Positions 13,249-26,800 of a stretch of DNA of 64,000 nucleotides are shown here, in pieces. Position 1 is the stretch's first letter. Each line of letters opens with the position of its first letter. The notes under the pieces are model-generated. The model saw only the letters and a program-made list of their open reading frames with translations. It made no database searches and was not told the DNA's origin. The DNA lies in contig OZ037766.1 of the NCBI GenBank assembly GCA_964035545.1, positions 11,894,722 through 11,958,721 of the forward strand, given 5' to 3'. Made by a program: the position numbers and the translations under genes. This stretch comes from Bugula neritina (lineage: Eukaryota; Animalia; Bryozoa).

Positions 13249-15269
13249 CTATTTAAGATAATATAAACTTAATATCTTATAATGGTGTCACTCAAGAGTG
13301 AAAAAAACAATCTGAAGCATGTGACATGAGGCGTCATTGCACTTTGGCTTTACAGATACACTGGTTTTTGTATTTTGTGAAGTTCATACTGCTCTAGTGT
13401 AAAAGTCAGGTTTAAATATTCAAATATTTTGACAAGCTGTTATAAAATAAAATGCAAAAATGCTTCACCTCAATTAGAAGAATAAATAATTGAGATGACT
13501 TCTGTATCAAAAACAGCAGCAACTCTGTAGTAGCATTAATTATACAAATTCTACGTGCAAGATGTGTCATTGTTTTAATATCTTATCTGCACAGAAAAGA
13601 AAATTAGTTGCTCTAACTACAGCCATGTAGCCTATGCCGGCTGTGTTCACACAACTGGGGTAACGTGGGCCTGTAAAAAATTTTACATTTCTATCTTGAA
13701 TTGCTATTACTGCTTCGAAACTTTAAGGAATTTGAGTTGAAATCTGAGCAATAATTTACTTGGTAGATTAGCCGTAGGTTTAAAAACATTCCAATATTAA
13801 TTAGTTATCTAATTACCACTAATAATTTGTTGATGTTGCTACAAGTAATATATCATTTCTTTTTGTTGAAGCTTTATGTTATACTTTATTAATTTTTTAA
13901 ATAAACATAAATAGAGTATACATCAGTTATGTAAGTCTAACTCACGTGTCAATAAGCATGAAGTGCATCATGAATGAAATATGTGTGCAAAAAGTATGAT
14001 AAATGAAACATCTGTGTAAAAATCTTTGTTCAGTGGCCAGACATTGTGCGCCTGTTAGTTTGCACACTGCACGTGTCAGTTGCTACTTTTGCATAATACA
14101 TTATGTGTCAGTCAGTCATGAATAATTATACAAAAATGCCGAAGGTAATTAAATTGTTTGAGAATTTTGTTGTTGTTGTGGTCTGGGTTGATAGTTGTTC
14201 AATACTCACTATTCTATTGCTTACAAATAATGTTTTGAATAAATTATTACTATATAATGATATTATGCTTATATATGAGGTGAAAGCAAACCAATTAGGA
14301 TAATGCAAATGAAAATAGTAACAATTATGCAGCAACCTACAAACCTGTGAATTTAATATATAGACTGAAGCCCAAGTCTATATCATAATGTAGCTTGATA
14401 TCTAACAAAATAGTATATTCAAAGAAATTATTAATTATACGGTTTTGCAGTTCAAATGAAAGCTCTTAAATTAATTTAGATGTAAGCTAGTGTCTTGCCA
14501 ACAATCAACTACGGTTAATAGTTGGGAAGAAGCCAACAAAGTATCATAATCTTCCTTCTCACAACATTCATTTTATCCTCTTTTAGCACGTTAGCTGGAT
14601 GCATAACTAACTTGTCAATGTCATATATGCCAATGTAGGTAGCAAATTAACATAATGATTGTACCAAGAGAAAAATTTGCATTAACTCTGTAAATACTTG
14701 TAGTTACTTCATGAACAAATATAGGAAATTCCACCCTGTTGTTTCAGCTACACGTGACTGGCCTAAAAGTAGAACACTCCTTCCTGTATTATTCAACCAA
14801 TTCAAATAAGTTTCATATTGTTATGAGAATCTTCAAGTTAGAGTGAGTGGTTAGATACAAACAAGTAAATTACAGAAACATGATTGTATTAGTATTTATT
14901 TTTAGTGTACTCAGTTTTGATAAATAACATTCCATATTTTGACTAAATATTATTGTGATAATATTATGTTTTAAAAGTCTTTTTACAATGTTGTATAATC
15001 TTATACATAGTCATGTGAGAAAAAACAACATAAAAATGGAGAAACTGCATTATTAAATATGCTATTAAATACATGCTGATGTATTTGATACTTCCAACAA
15101 AAATTCTAGCTTTAAAAAAGGAGCAAACTTGCCAGCAGTGAAATGTTTCGTTTATTTGTTCAATATTTCACTCTAAATACTGTAAAAGAGTGAAAACATT
15201 CAATGAACCAGGCCTAGTGTTTGTCTAAATTAACATAAGTCACTCCTGTCAACATACATAATCTAGTGT

Positions 15270-18200
15270 CTATAAATTACTTCCATTCGTAACATTAATA
15301 ACATATTCTATACATTTCTCTGCAGTTATCAACTCCTTTTTCAGCTCTGCTACCTAAAACAAATAATATGTAATAATTAATTGACACGTATGACTTAGTC
15401 ACATGATCTACAATGTCTACACCGTGTTCATCTATTTTATTTGCTGATAATCTTGGAAGATATTTGACTTTACAGTGCAGCTACTGTTTGCCCACAACCG
15501 AGACTGTACCTTGCTGTTATGGAACTGAAGGTCTGCACCATCCAGAGATGTCTGATCTAGTCGGAGAGTTTCGTCGAGTAGCTGCCTCTGGGAGACGAGA
15601 AGTTTGTGTAATTTTCCGCTCATTTTTTCTATTTCTTCCTCACTCTGACTTCTAATGCTATCCTGAAATACATTGCTGTTTAGGACAATTTTTTATCACG
15701 ATACAAGAAATAAATATTATTACATTGTCAGATTGTTCATTCCAAACTTTATTACTTTGTTATTTTCAATTTTTACACTCAAGCTAATGAGGCTTAAAAT
15801 ACCAAGTGCAAGATATCTCTTTGAAAAACATCTTGAGAGTGATATTATTAAGCTGAGGCAATTCATTCAAGATTGGGAAACGCCCACTAAAACTTCCTTT
15901 TACTATATACATTTATTTCAGTATTATAAACAACATAAAGATTCCGTGACACATAAAATGATGAGGACTCACACTGAGATCAACCAGAACAGTGTAATTG
16001 GGCTGGAGGACTTCCAAGTTACACACACTGTTACTTTCATCTGGCATCTTATCAGCTTGTAAAGAGGTGAGACGGGCATCGTGTTCAATTAGGTGTAGAA
16101 CCTCCAACGGAATGCCTTGCCGCAGTGGACCAATGATGTATGCTGCATAATATCAGGAAGTATTTTGCAATCAACACTTCTCCAAATACAAACAGCGTAT
16201 TTGTTCAAATATGTCGCTGACATTTTCAAAACTTTTGGATAGTAACAATGATCACAATATAAATAATAATATTACAGCCATTATTACTGGGTCTAGTTTA
16301 ATAAACAGTTTAGCTATGATAGACGAACATCTTGAAAATCTCTTATCCATTCCAACCCAGTTGAACTAGATTAATGGTAAAAAATACATCACCTCAAGCT
16401 GTGACAAAATTAACAATAGACTAATCTTATAAATGAGGACGGCATTTACAGCTACTTATAAACGTTACAAAATAAAAAGTGAAGGTAAGTAACCAGATTG
16501 AGAGGACAGCTGGACAGCACTTTTTAGAAATTTAAAGTCTTAAATAACCTTTTATCAGTCATAACTATTTCAATAGCAGCCTATGCTAGCTTGTTTTGTT
16601 GTAATATCACAAGTTAATTCAAGAAACAACCTTCCAACAAGTAAAATAATAATTCAAGAAGGGTTACACAGAATGAATATACCATCTTACCTGTTCCAAC
16701 TCTTTTACTTTGATGCAACAAACCAAACTGTGCTTTGAAATTCTTTATTGAACTAGAAAGTTTGAACATCTTCTCAAAATCATCATTCAATGTATGATTT
16801 CTGAAAATCGACCACTACAAACGTAACCAGACAGTTGCATAATTATGAAGCGTTCAACACTGTTTTTTGTTTCAGATATAATTATATGAAAAAGTATCAA
16901 GTTATGCTAGTAAGACTACTTCAGAGTGAAAGGTTATAAGATACTTCATGAACATATGAGATACATGTGTGTATCAGTTAGTTGTGAACCAGTACCAGGT
17001 TTTATGATAATATTTTTTTCAATTTCATTTTATAACAGATTAAATTTCTGTTTTAAAAATTGATAAATGCAATTTTATAGCCAGAGATAAAATCGGAAAT
17101 TCAATTTAATACCGCTATTTGTTATCACTAGTAAAAAATTACCTAAATTAGTGTATACAACATTTCTTGATTTCTAGAAGGATGTGTAATAATGAAAATT
17201 TTAAAGATAATCTAACCATTGGGTCATCACTAAGTTTAATTACAATTTCATAATAATCATGACATATCACTAGGTACAGAGGAACTAAAATAAGGATGAT
17301 GCAGTAAATAGATTATTCTTTCCATGCAGAATGACGTCATTGTTTCCTTATTCACCTGTGCTTCTAAGCTTCTACACCCGGAAAAATTCTGTTATTGCTG
17401 CGTAATACTATAATATCCAACAGATAATCCACACTTATACTGATAAATGTTAATTTTCCACCAACTACACAGATTATAACATTTTAACAAAATCTCGTTG
17501 GTTAACATTCTACTCCTACGCAATTTGTAGTACAAAAATAGACAAACTAATATTAGCTGGTTTTAATTAACAGCTTTACTCAAATAACAAAATTTAATAG
17601 TGGAAAAACACATTATTTACTAAGAGTAACATCTTGGGAAGCAGTAAGCACAAATGAAAACATGTAAGTTTTTTTCCAGAGTAACAACACACTGTCAATA
17701 AGTTTAAGAAGAATGTTAAAAATGAGGTCAGGAATGTAACCATCAGCGACATTACACATGAAAACTGCATAGTCACGGTAACATATACAATAAATAGGCA
17801 CTGCTGTATTATTAATTAGAGCTTTAGAGCAAACTACAGCATGTAATGCTTGGCTCATCTTTACAAAATTAGGGTCAAGTGCTGTCTAACCCTTACTTTT
17901 GTTTAATTAAAAGTTTGAATGGTAAAAATAAATTTATAACAAGAGACTAAATATGATTATTGTGAATGGTGACTGGAAAATAAATCCTTATTTCCTGAAT
18001 ATAATATACTAATGAGAGCCAGCTGGTTATGACACATAAGGATTTCTACTGACAGCCACAACAGGTTCTTCCTTATACCTTACATAATAACCTAAAAATA
18101 TGTTATGTTCTAGCAGAATTTCACCACAGAGTTGAACAGCAGTAGCAGTATTCCACCTAATAACTACTATTATAAGTGTATTGATGTAGGTATTACAACT

Positions 18201-21200
18201 TTTCTAATTTTACTGTCTAATGGTCTATACCTGATCTGGTGAACTTGTAACATTGCCAATTTGTTTGTTCTCACTCAAGTAAAATATGCCAGTATTTTAC
18301 AAACAGCATGTTTACCAAATGCACTGACTTATACATTCGCTTTTCATCTGTTCAATGCTGCACATATAAATACTATCCAGAACGTAGAAAACAATTTAGC
18401 TGCATGAAAATATGTCAGGATAATACAGTTTCTTTCTATTGATAAAGTTTTTTACCAAATTATAAAAAGTTTAGTCTGCCAACTTGAAAACATTGTTACA
18501 TGAGAATGTATAAGTATTATACATTTATATATATTTATAAGTACTACACCTTTAGTATCATACCTCATGAGTAGAAGGAAATGATGCTACACATATAGAC
18601 GGAGCTTTGTTATGTAAGGGAAGCCGCTGGTACAGTTCCTCAGATAAATATGGCATAAAAGGTGACAGGCATTTAAGTGACATGTCCATAACTTTCACAG
18701 CCACGCTTAGTGCTATTTCTTTCTCTTGCGCTGTACCGTGCTGGAGCGTAGGTTTTGAGTATTCCTATAAGTTGTATAATCAAACATAATTTACCGTCAA
18801 AAAGAATTGCTATACAGATGAGCAGATACAGCAAATACTTGTATACCAGAATCTATGAATAGTCGGACATAATATTTACTTCCTGCCAACAATATAAATA
18901 CTGAAATAGATCTGTTAGAAACCAAGTCCAGGAATTCTTGAATAAAATAGAATAATTTTTTATTGTTTAAGCCCACGTTTCCATCAACCTACAGATTTGG
19001 TTTTTGCCACAGTCATTTTAAATGCACGCCCCCGTATATTACCATTTAGATAGAACAAATAGAACCCTATGATGAAAATATCAAATAATAACAAACTTTC
19101 CATGACAAGAACATCTGAGAAGGAAGAGTAAGGTGTCAATGAGCAGCCATGATTTATGGATATGCAAAATACAATTTTCTTATTTAAATGCATTCTACTC
19201 CTACAATATATAAACCGCCACCACAAATAGGTACCAGGGAGGTTAGTTTCTAAGCACATGCCAAAATAAATTCATAGGCACGGAATTATATTTGCATAAA
19301 CTGCCTAACTTCTGTCTACAGCAGCAGTTTCAAGGGAATGTTTACTTGAAAGCACACCACACATACATTATTGTGTGATAAATTTGGTAATATTCGATTG
19401 CTTGTAATTGTTTGTAATTGTGTAACATATTTGCTTTATTATGCAATAAACTAAATACTGTAATATGTCCAATAATATGCATATGGAATTTCTTTATAGT
19501 AATACATAAGTCTCCACAAATATGTCTGTGTATGTATGCATATATACACATATATGTATGTGTATGCACACATATGGAGACTTGTGTATTACTATAAAAT
19601 TTTCATGTACATCTTATTAGCCATATTACAACATTTAGTTTATTGCATAATATAGCAAATATATTAGACACTACTGAGCAATTCATATGATTGCATTACC
19701 AAATATATTGTTGAGAAATCAACTGCCCAATGCCGTTTAAGAGAGTACGTTATAACATCTAGGTTTGCCTTCGGAAAATGTTGGGCACACAACTCCGTCA
19801 GCTGAGCACATTTATCTAGAATCCAACAGTCTTTGGCAGACAGGTTGTTTACCTGCAAGCAACAAATAGTTGCTATAGGGTAGCAAAGTTCTTTCTTTTT
19901 CACCAGATTACATTTGGGTTCATTTATTTTTAGCATTGGAGCTAGTTTTATACAACCATCTGAGGAATGCAACATTTAATATTTCTGTTTAACGACTACG
20001 GTTTAAAATCTAAAGGAAATCTCCATTAATCAACTCTAACCAGTTATAACTCAGTCTACACTACACTATTCTACTGTACTATGTATAATAGCAAAGAAAA
20101 AGAAAAAAAAAATCGAATTTATCAACAAACAAAACTTTTTTGCAAAATTTAAAGTTAGACTGGGGCTAATTTTATTGTAAATTACCCAACATAACTCTCA
20201 CCACTATTACCTGCATAATTTATAGTAAATGATGAGCTTATGCTAAAGCCACCCACCATCAAGAACAAGCTTTAATGTACAGATAATAAAACTACGCTTT
20301 TATAACTTTTCTGAACAATACCTGATCGATGTTAGATGCTATAAAACCATTAGGGAAATAATTTTGATAAAATTTGAATATTTGCCATATCTTGTTACAC
20401 AAGCTCCTATATTCCACGAAGGTCTCCACTTCAAGATTTATAGATGCTCCTAAAAAATCCCACCAGATATCATTGCTGTTTCATCATATTGCTAACTTAC
20501 AAGCACCTGAAATGCTACAATATGCTGCAAACTAGTTCAAAAGCATTAGTGTAGCTTTCTAATTTTGGATTGGGTTGAACATTTTAAACATAACTTTGAA
20601 TTTTCTCCAGATGAACGATTCCTTGAAGTTCATTCAGCTAAGATGTACTCAACTGAGTACATCTTAGCTAATATGCACTGGCGTTCAGTTAATAAGGGTC
20701 AAAATTATTCATGCTGAAGTACTAACAAATTCCAAGTTGCAACAAGACTTGGCAACTATTTGCCGGTGTCAGTAAACTAATTGAATTTTGTTTAAGATAA
20801 CTAAAATGAGGTAATTTTATTCCGATGGCAGCAGCCAATATTATTGCTTAGTACTCAAGGTGCAGTACTAAGCATTAGATTCTTTAACATAATTGTGAAC
20901 ACGCTTAAAAAACTCACGCAAGTTTATAGTCGCTATCCCTGTGAGAAACCCCTGATGGAAAGGGTTTTTGTTAAAGGGGCTAAGGACTTATTTAAATGAG
21001 GCACAGGAGTAATTATGACTGGATGCTCTTCCTAACATCACCAATGGCATTTGTCCGGGCTCGAACCCATGACTTCGTATTTACTAGGCAAATGCTCTAA
21101 CCCCTAGACCAGGCTTACGTATTTGTTTATTTATCCACTTTTTTTTATCTTTTACCAAAAATCAAAACTTATTTTGAGGATCAAATACTAGCAGAGGCAT

Positions 21201-23729
21201 TATTGGCCAAATAACTTCCCATAACTTAGAATATTCAGAAGTTTAAAAAAATCGACGAGCATTATATTTGCTAAACTTGTATAGGGAAACCTATTAGTCA
21301 ATGCTTCTGCTAACATACTATTATATACAGATAAATGTGGGACACACGCTGTACCCCATAGACAGCTTGTCAGCAACTGGCTAAAATTATGTTGGGTATA
21401 GCAGTGGGCAATAAATTGAAAATTCTGAAATTTTAAGTACTGAGAAATTGTGAAGTACAGCGTACCTTTGAAATCGTAAGAACACAAGGCCATTCGAAGG
21501 GCATCAGACCCACACTCTGGAATGCCGTTAGAAAACTGCTTTTTTTGTTCAGCAAATATGGCAGCCATTTCTTTCCGATCAATATTGCTTGATTCCAAAG
21601 ATTTCTGCAATTCCTTTTTGTGTAAACAAATAAAAAAAACTTAAATATAACATACAACTTTGTTATATCCCGTTAATAATATTTAAAAAACATATTTCAA
21701 AAAAAATTATTAACTAGATTATATAAATATTCACCTCTAAAGTGCAACCTTGAATAATAGACATTGGGTCAATAACGTTGCCTTTAGATTTGCTCATCTT
21801 TTCACCATGGGACAGCAACAATGAATGTATGAGTATCTAAAATACAATAAGATTTGTAGAAAACGAAGTTGGCTACCAGAAAAATAAAACTGATACCTAA
21901 CATAAAAATTTAATTATAAAACAATGAAAATATTTATAGAACAGCCGATCGAAGTATAACAATTTATTCAACAGAATAAATTTATTTTTATACATTAACG
22001 ATTAATCATTAAATTACCATACAAAAACGTCATGGTTTCCACTTCACTAGCTATCAGAGTAGAGCATTGTTATTTTGTCACGTACCTGTGAACCTGGTTT
22101 ATTGATATACAACGTAATGATATATAAACAGGTGAGCTGCAAACCTGGCGGAATGGAGGGTTCCCAGTTAACTTTTTCCCCAACATAACCATACGAGCGA
22201 TCCAGAAGAACAATATGTCACTACCAGACTCAACCATAGTTGTTGGGTAAAATGTCATGAGATTCGGGTTCTAAAATTAACAATATAAAGTAGTAACTGT
22301 AAAATATAATTTCTTTTGTTTCCTAGACTTTATAGAATAAAATTAATATAATGTTTTGCTATTGCAGAATTATTCTACTAGTCTAAAAAAATTACAACCA
22401 AGCAAAAAGGCATTTATATTTTGTACTTTTCAATGTTTCAAAAATAGGCAATTTTATTTACATTATACATCACGTAGGTCTACCAGCTGTAGACTTTTAA
22501 CTACAAATAACTTCTATTTACAAAAGAATGAGTATTATGCAAGTAAAATATAATATAGGAATAATATATAAATAAAGCCACTTAAAATTGCTTATAAAAC
22601 AACGTGATGAAAAGTGTAGAAGCTGCTTAACATGTTGAATAATGAAACAAAAAAATCAAAATGAGAAGGTAACTCTCAATATTAAATTTCTAGCACACTG
22701 GATTTTTGAAAATATTTTGTTTGAAATATTACAGCTACATAATTCTATATACTAAACTATTGAAAGAATATTTTTTACCCCAAAATAAATAGTTTTTAAG
22801 CAGCTAATTTAACTGAAAAGAGTTTGATATTTCAGATTATATATATATATATGATCACAGAGTGGGTGCTGCGCCAAACTAAAACACAAATAAGTCAGTC
22901 ACGTTGACTAGAAGATCTATAAAAAAAGTAATGCAATCTCTTTAGGCGTCTTATTCATTCACATTTTTTGTTTACAATTCACATTTTTCCTACGACATTG
23001 CCAACGTCAAAACTATAACACACTCTGCTTTACGTTTTTTACAATTGAAATTCAGTATTTCTAAACTATTTGAGAGTTGAAATTAATGAAATATGAATAC
23101 ACCGGAATCAATGATGAAGTGATATAAATAGAACGGCAAAAAACGAACCTGTCACTATAGATTATTCAATTTATAAATAAAAAAATGAGAACATTGGTCA
23201 GTGACCTTGACACATGAAGTGGGTGCAGCCCTCACTTCCTAATCTATTTTGGTTTCTTGAAATATAATGGCTGTAGTTGAGTAAGAGTATAGAGCATGAT
23301 TTCTGTAAAATAAACTAATGAAATCAGCAACCTAACAACTTGGCCAAAAGCCAACTCACTCTTTTGGAAGTTGTCTGACAGTTTTAAACAAATCTGGCAG
23401 CGGTCATAGGGTTTAGAGCCAAAAATGCAAAGAAGTCAAACCTAGAATTCCATTGAAGCCATCTAAATCCATGTCTAAATTGAAAAATTACAGAGAAGCT
23501 GCTAATTTTAGCTAAAAATGGGAAAAATTAAATATTGGAAAGTTTCCCACACTGTATTGACATATAGACCAAAAAGCTTTAAACAGATATTAGCCTTTCG
23601 GCTAAATCGAACTGAACTGAACTGAACTGAAAATAGGACAAATGAAGATGTTGTATACTGAGCCAATTTAGATAACACTAATTTTATTAACATTAGTTGC
23701 TTTATGTGAGAAATTACAACCGTTAAGTA

Positions 23730-23815
<86 letters not shown>

Positions 23816-26800
23816 AAGTTTTAAAATTTTTGTTGGTAAATAAAGTTGGAGTTTCTAAACTGTTGGTATAACCTATAACAGCTAAAAGTTTATTTGCTTT
23901 CACATTGACTATAACCTTAAGGTTGGCAGTCGTAAACAGTTTAAAGTTACTGGAAACTATAGACGTCTTATTAAAGTGGTTTACAAAACAGAAGACTCGA
24001 GGTTCATAGCTACTGTTTGACATTTGAATAATAGAATAGTTGACGAACATTTTTGTAATTGGTTTGTAATCTTTTGGGCTAGACAACTGGGAATTATTTA
24101 CGAGAACTTCCTGCATATTACCTCAAGAATACATCTGAATTAAGATTTTAAATGCTTTTAAATCCTTGAGAAAAATATTTAGGCAAGCAAACTTCTAAAA
24201 ATGTCTTTAAAATATTAATTACTAGTTATTTTTCTCATACTCTAAAGTCTACAACATTCACTGCGTACATAACTTGCTGTAATGTTCATTGAGTAATTCT
24301 CAAACTTGTCTATGAAATAAAAAAAGTGATGGATGTCAGAATTGTTCATACCAAAAAAGTGATGGATGTCAAAAACCCTTTAACACACATCTGCACCGGT
24401 GGCCAGGCACTGGTTTCAAGCACAGCAAATGCATGTCAGCTGAGCATGATAATTTATTACCATTTATAACATTTGCAACAGTTCATTGAACCTCGTTAAA
24501 TTTTTCATTGCTCTATTGCTTCTAAAAGCCAGAAGCAGACAAACAAACAAAATTTTATTTGAAAATATAAGTTTGGAAAAAGGAGATAGGCGAAATGAGT
24601 AGATGACCAGCTCACGTACCAAGTCTTAAGAAAGAATGGAATTTCTTAGAATAGGTGATTTGTTGTAGTATTTACAGTAAACAGCCAAACAACAAGAAAG
24701 GAGCACTACTTACAGTCTTACACGATTATTGCAGAATTGTATATTTCACAGCTTAATAGAGTATCTCATTTATTCTCATCATCTGAATACATCCACAGAT
24801 TATGTTCAAGTCAAAGAGTATTGCAAATCAGAAGAACCAGATCTACCCTACTTCTTCTTACAGGCGACACTAACAACCTTAACCATTCCACGTTTTAAAT
24901 ACCGAATTGGTTGTTGGATATTTATACAGCTTACCAGTATTTACAATATCAACATATATGGTTCACTAGAACAAACATTCTGTAAAATCAGCAAAACTGT
25001 TGCACTTGAAGAAGCTTCATCTTAGTAAATTCTAATTGATTTTCAGTATAACAGCAGTAGCACAGGGAGTAGCAGTGGTGTAGTGGCTAGAGTGCTGGCC
25101 GTGATGTTAGGAAGAGCATCCAGTCTTAAATGCTCCTGTGTCACATATGAATAAGTCTTTAGGCCGATTTAAAAGAAAATTTTCCACTAGGGGTTCTCAC
25201 AGGGAAGAGTGACTATAAACTTGTGTGATTCTCTTATAAAAGCATTAGCACAGCACAGCATCTGGCTCTGTAATGATCTAGATTGAGGATCTCACCTGTA
25301 CTGGCCAGCCAAGAGAAGCAAATGGAAGGAGAGAAGAGGAGAACCAAGTGTCCAGCACATCCTCATCTTGGACTAGTTTAAACTTGTTGTGACCCAACAT
25401 CTCAGTAGCCTTAGTGATTGCTTCTGTGAAGGTTGGGGCGACTACATACTGCCCATTCAACTGAAGTTATACATTGCAAGCTGTAGGGTCAAGAAGTCAT
25501 ATCTTGCTTACAATAAAAATGAGAAGTTATACCATTTAGTTAACCTTTCAATCCACAAAATAAAAACATATTTAACCAACAAAACTGTTCAAACATTCAT
25601 TCAAACACCTGAACACTACCAGAAAAGACACTACCTTTGAGTTTGAATCAGTGAGCAGCTTATAAGCAGGGATGTTGTGGCCCCACCACAGCTGCCGTGA
25701 TATGCACCAAGGGATTTCACGAGTTTGAGTTAGAAAGTGTTTCCATAATTTACTGTAGTAAGAAGGAATAAACTCTATATCACCACCCTCTGCAGCCTGT
25801 AGAACAAAATTACTAGTTGCACAGCGGACCCCCAGGTATAGCCCGCTTCTTCTTAATGGTTACGGCATAGTAATTAACAAAATATTCTTACTCAGATCTA
25901 TTGGAATCATTTTTACTATTAATTTTACTACAAGAAAAAAAAAATAGAAAACTCCAATAATAAACCAATGCCTTACAAATATGATGATTTGTCATTTCAA
26001 CTTTCTTTAAAAATAGAAGGACTAGTATGAATATTTTATTCTGAATAAAACAAACCTGAATGGCATCCATGGCCATGCCAGAACAATCTAGAAACCATTG
26101 CTCTTTCAATTTAGGTTCAATAATATCAGAGCTTCGACTGCAGATTGGAACAGACATGGGGTGGGAGGTTTGACCTCTCCATAAACCTTTCTTTTGTAGT
26201 ATTTGGGCTACTTTTTCCCTCGCATCAAACCTTTTCATTCCCTGCAGCAGTCACTGTGATTATCACATGACATTTGTTGAAAAAGACTAAATAATAAGTC
26301 TCTAACTGAGGCTGAATATGCAAATTAAAAGTCAATAAATGAAAAATTATCCAACAGCCAAACCATTATACAAGTAATACAAACATGAGGATGTGGCGAT
26401 TAATGGACAGGCGTTGCTTTGAAGCACAGCTTAACAACATTATTAGTACCAGGTTTTCCATAAATAAAAGTCGTTTGATCTCTAGATTAAATTAACTCAT
26501 CCTCTCCCCCCCCCCCATCGTTTTGATAACTATAGAAAATAACTCTTACATCGAAAACCTCTCCACAGTTACAGAGAGTACCGTCATCGCTGAGTATATT
26601 GATATGTCGCAGGTTGTGTTTAACAGCTATCTGGTAGTCCACTGAGCTGTGAGCTGGGGTCAGTTTAACCGCACCTGAAAATGACATCATCTGTATAGTG
26701 ATGAGTTTATACAGCACACAGTGGTTGTACATAGAAACAGTGTGCACATTATACTTTGTAACAGTTGGAACCGAGATTTCCCATCACTAATACTTTGTTC

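Larger units (their letters stand above)
8445..17440. repeat. Segmental duplication unit 2 (includes a 1.7-kb insertion and the last four VARS2 exons)
   Basis: Counterpart of unit 1, with extra sequence at about 10365-12090 and about 14970-16885. Confidence 0.8.

Noticed and set aside
15432-15509. VARS2 ending at the ORF-track stop 15432
   Set aside because: A donor at 15509 and an exon at 15353-15270 ([16 protein letters not shown]) give a better coiled-coil end followed by AATAAA at about 15151-15156. The read-through form cannot be excluded without RNA data.
23820-24116. Reverse transcriptase fragment (PKDYKPIT resembles P..YRPIS)
   Set aside because: Only one short motif; no further RT motifs follow.
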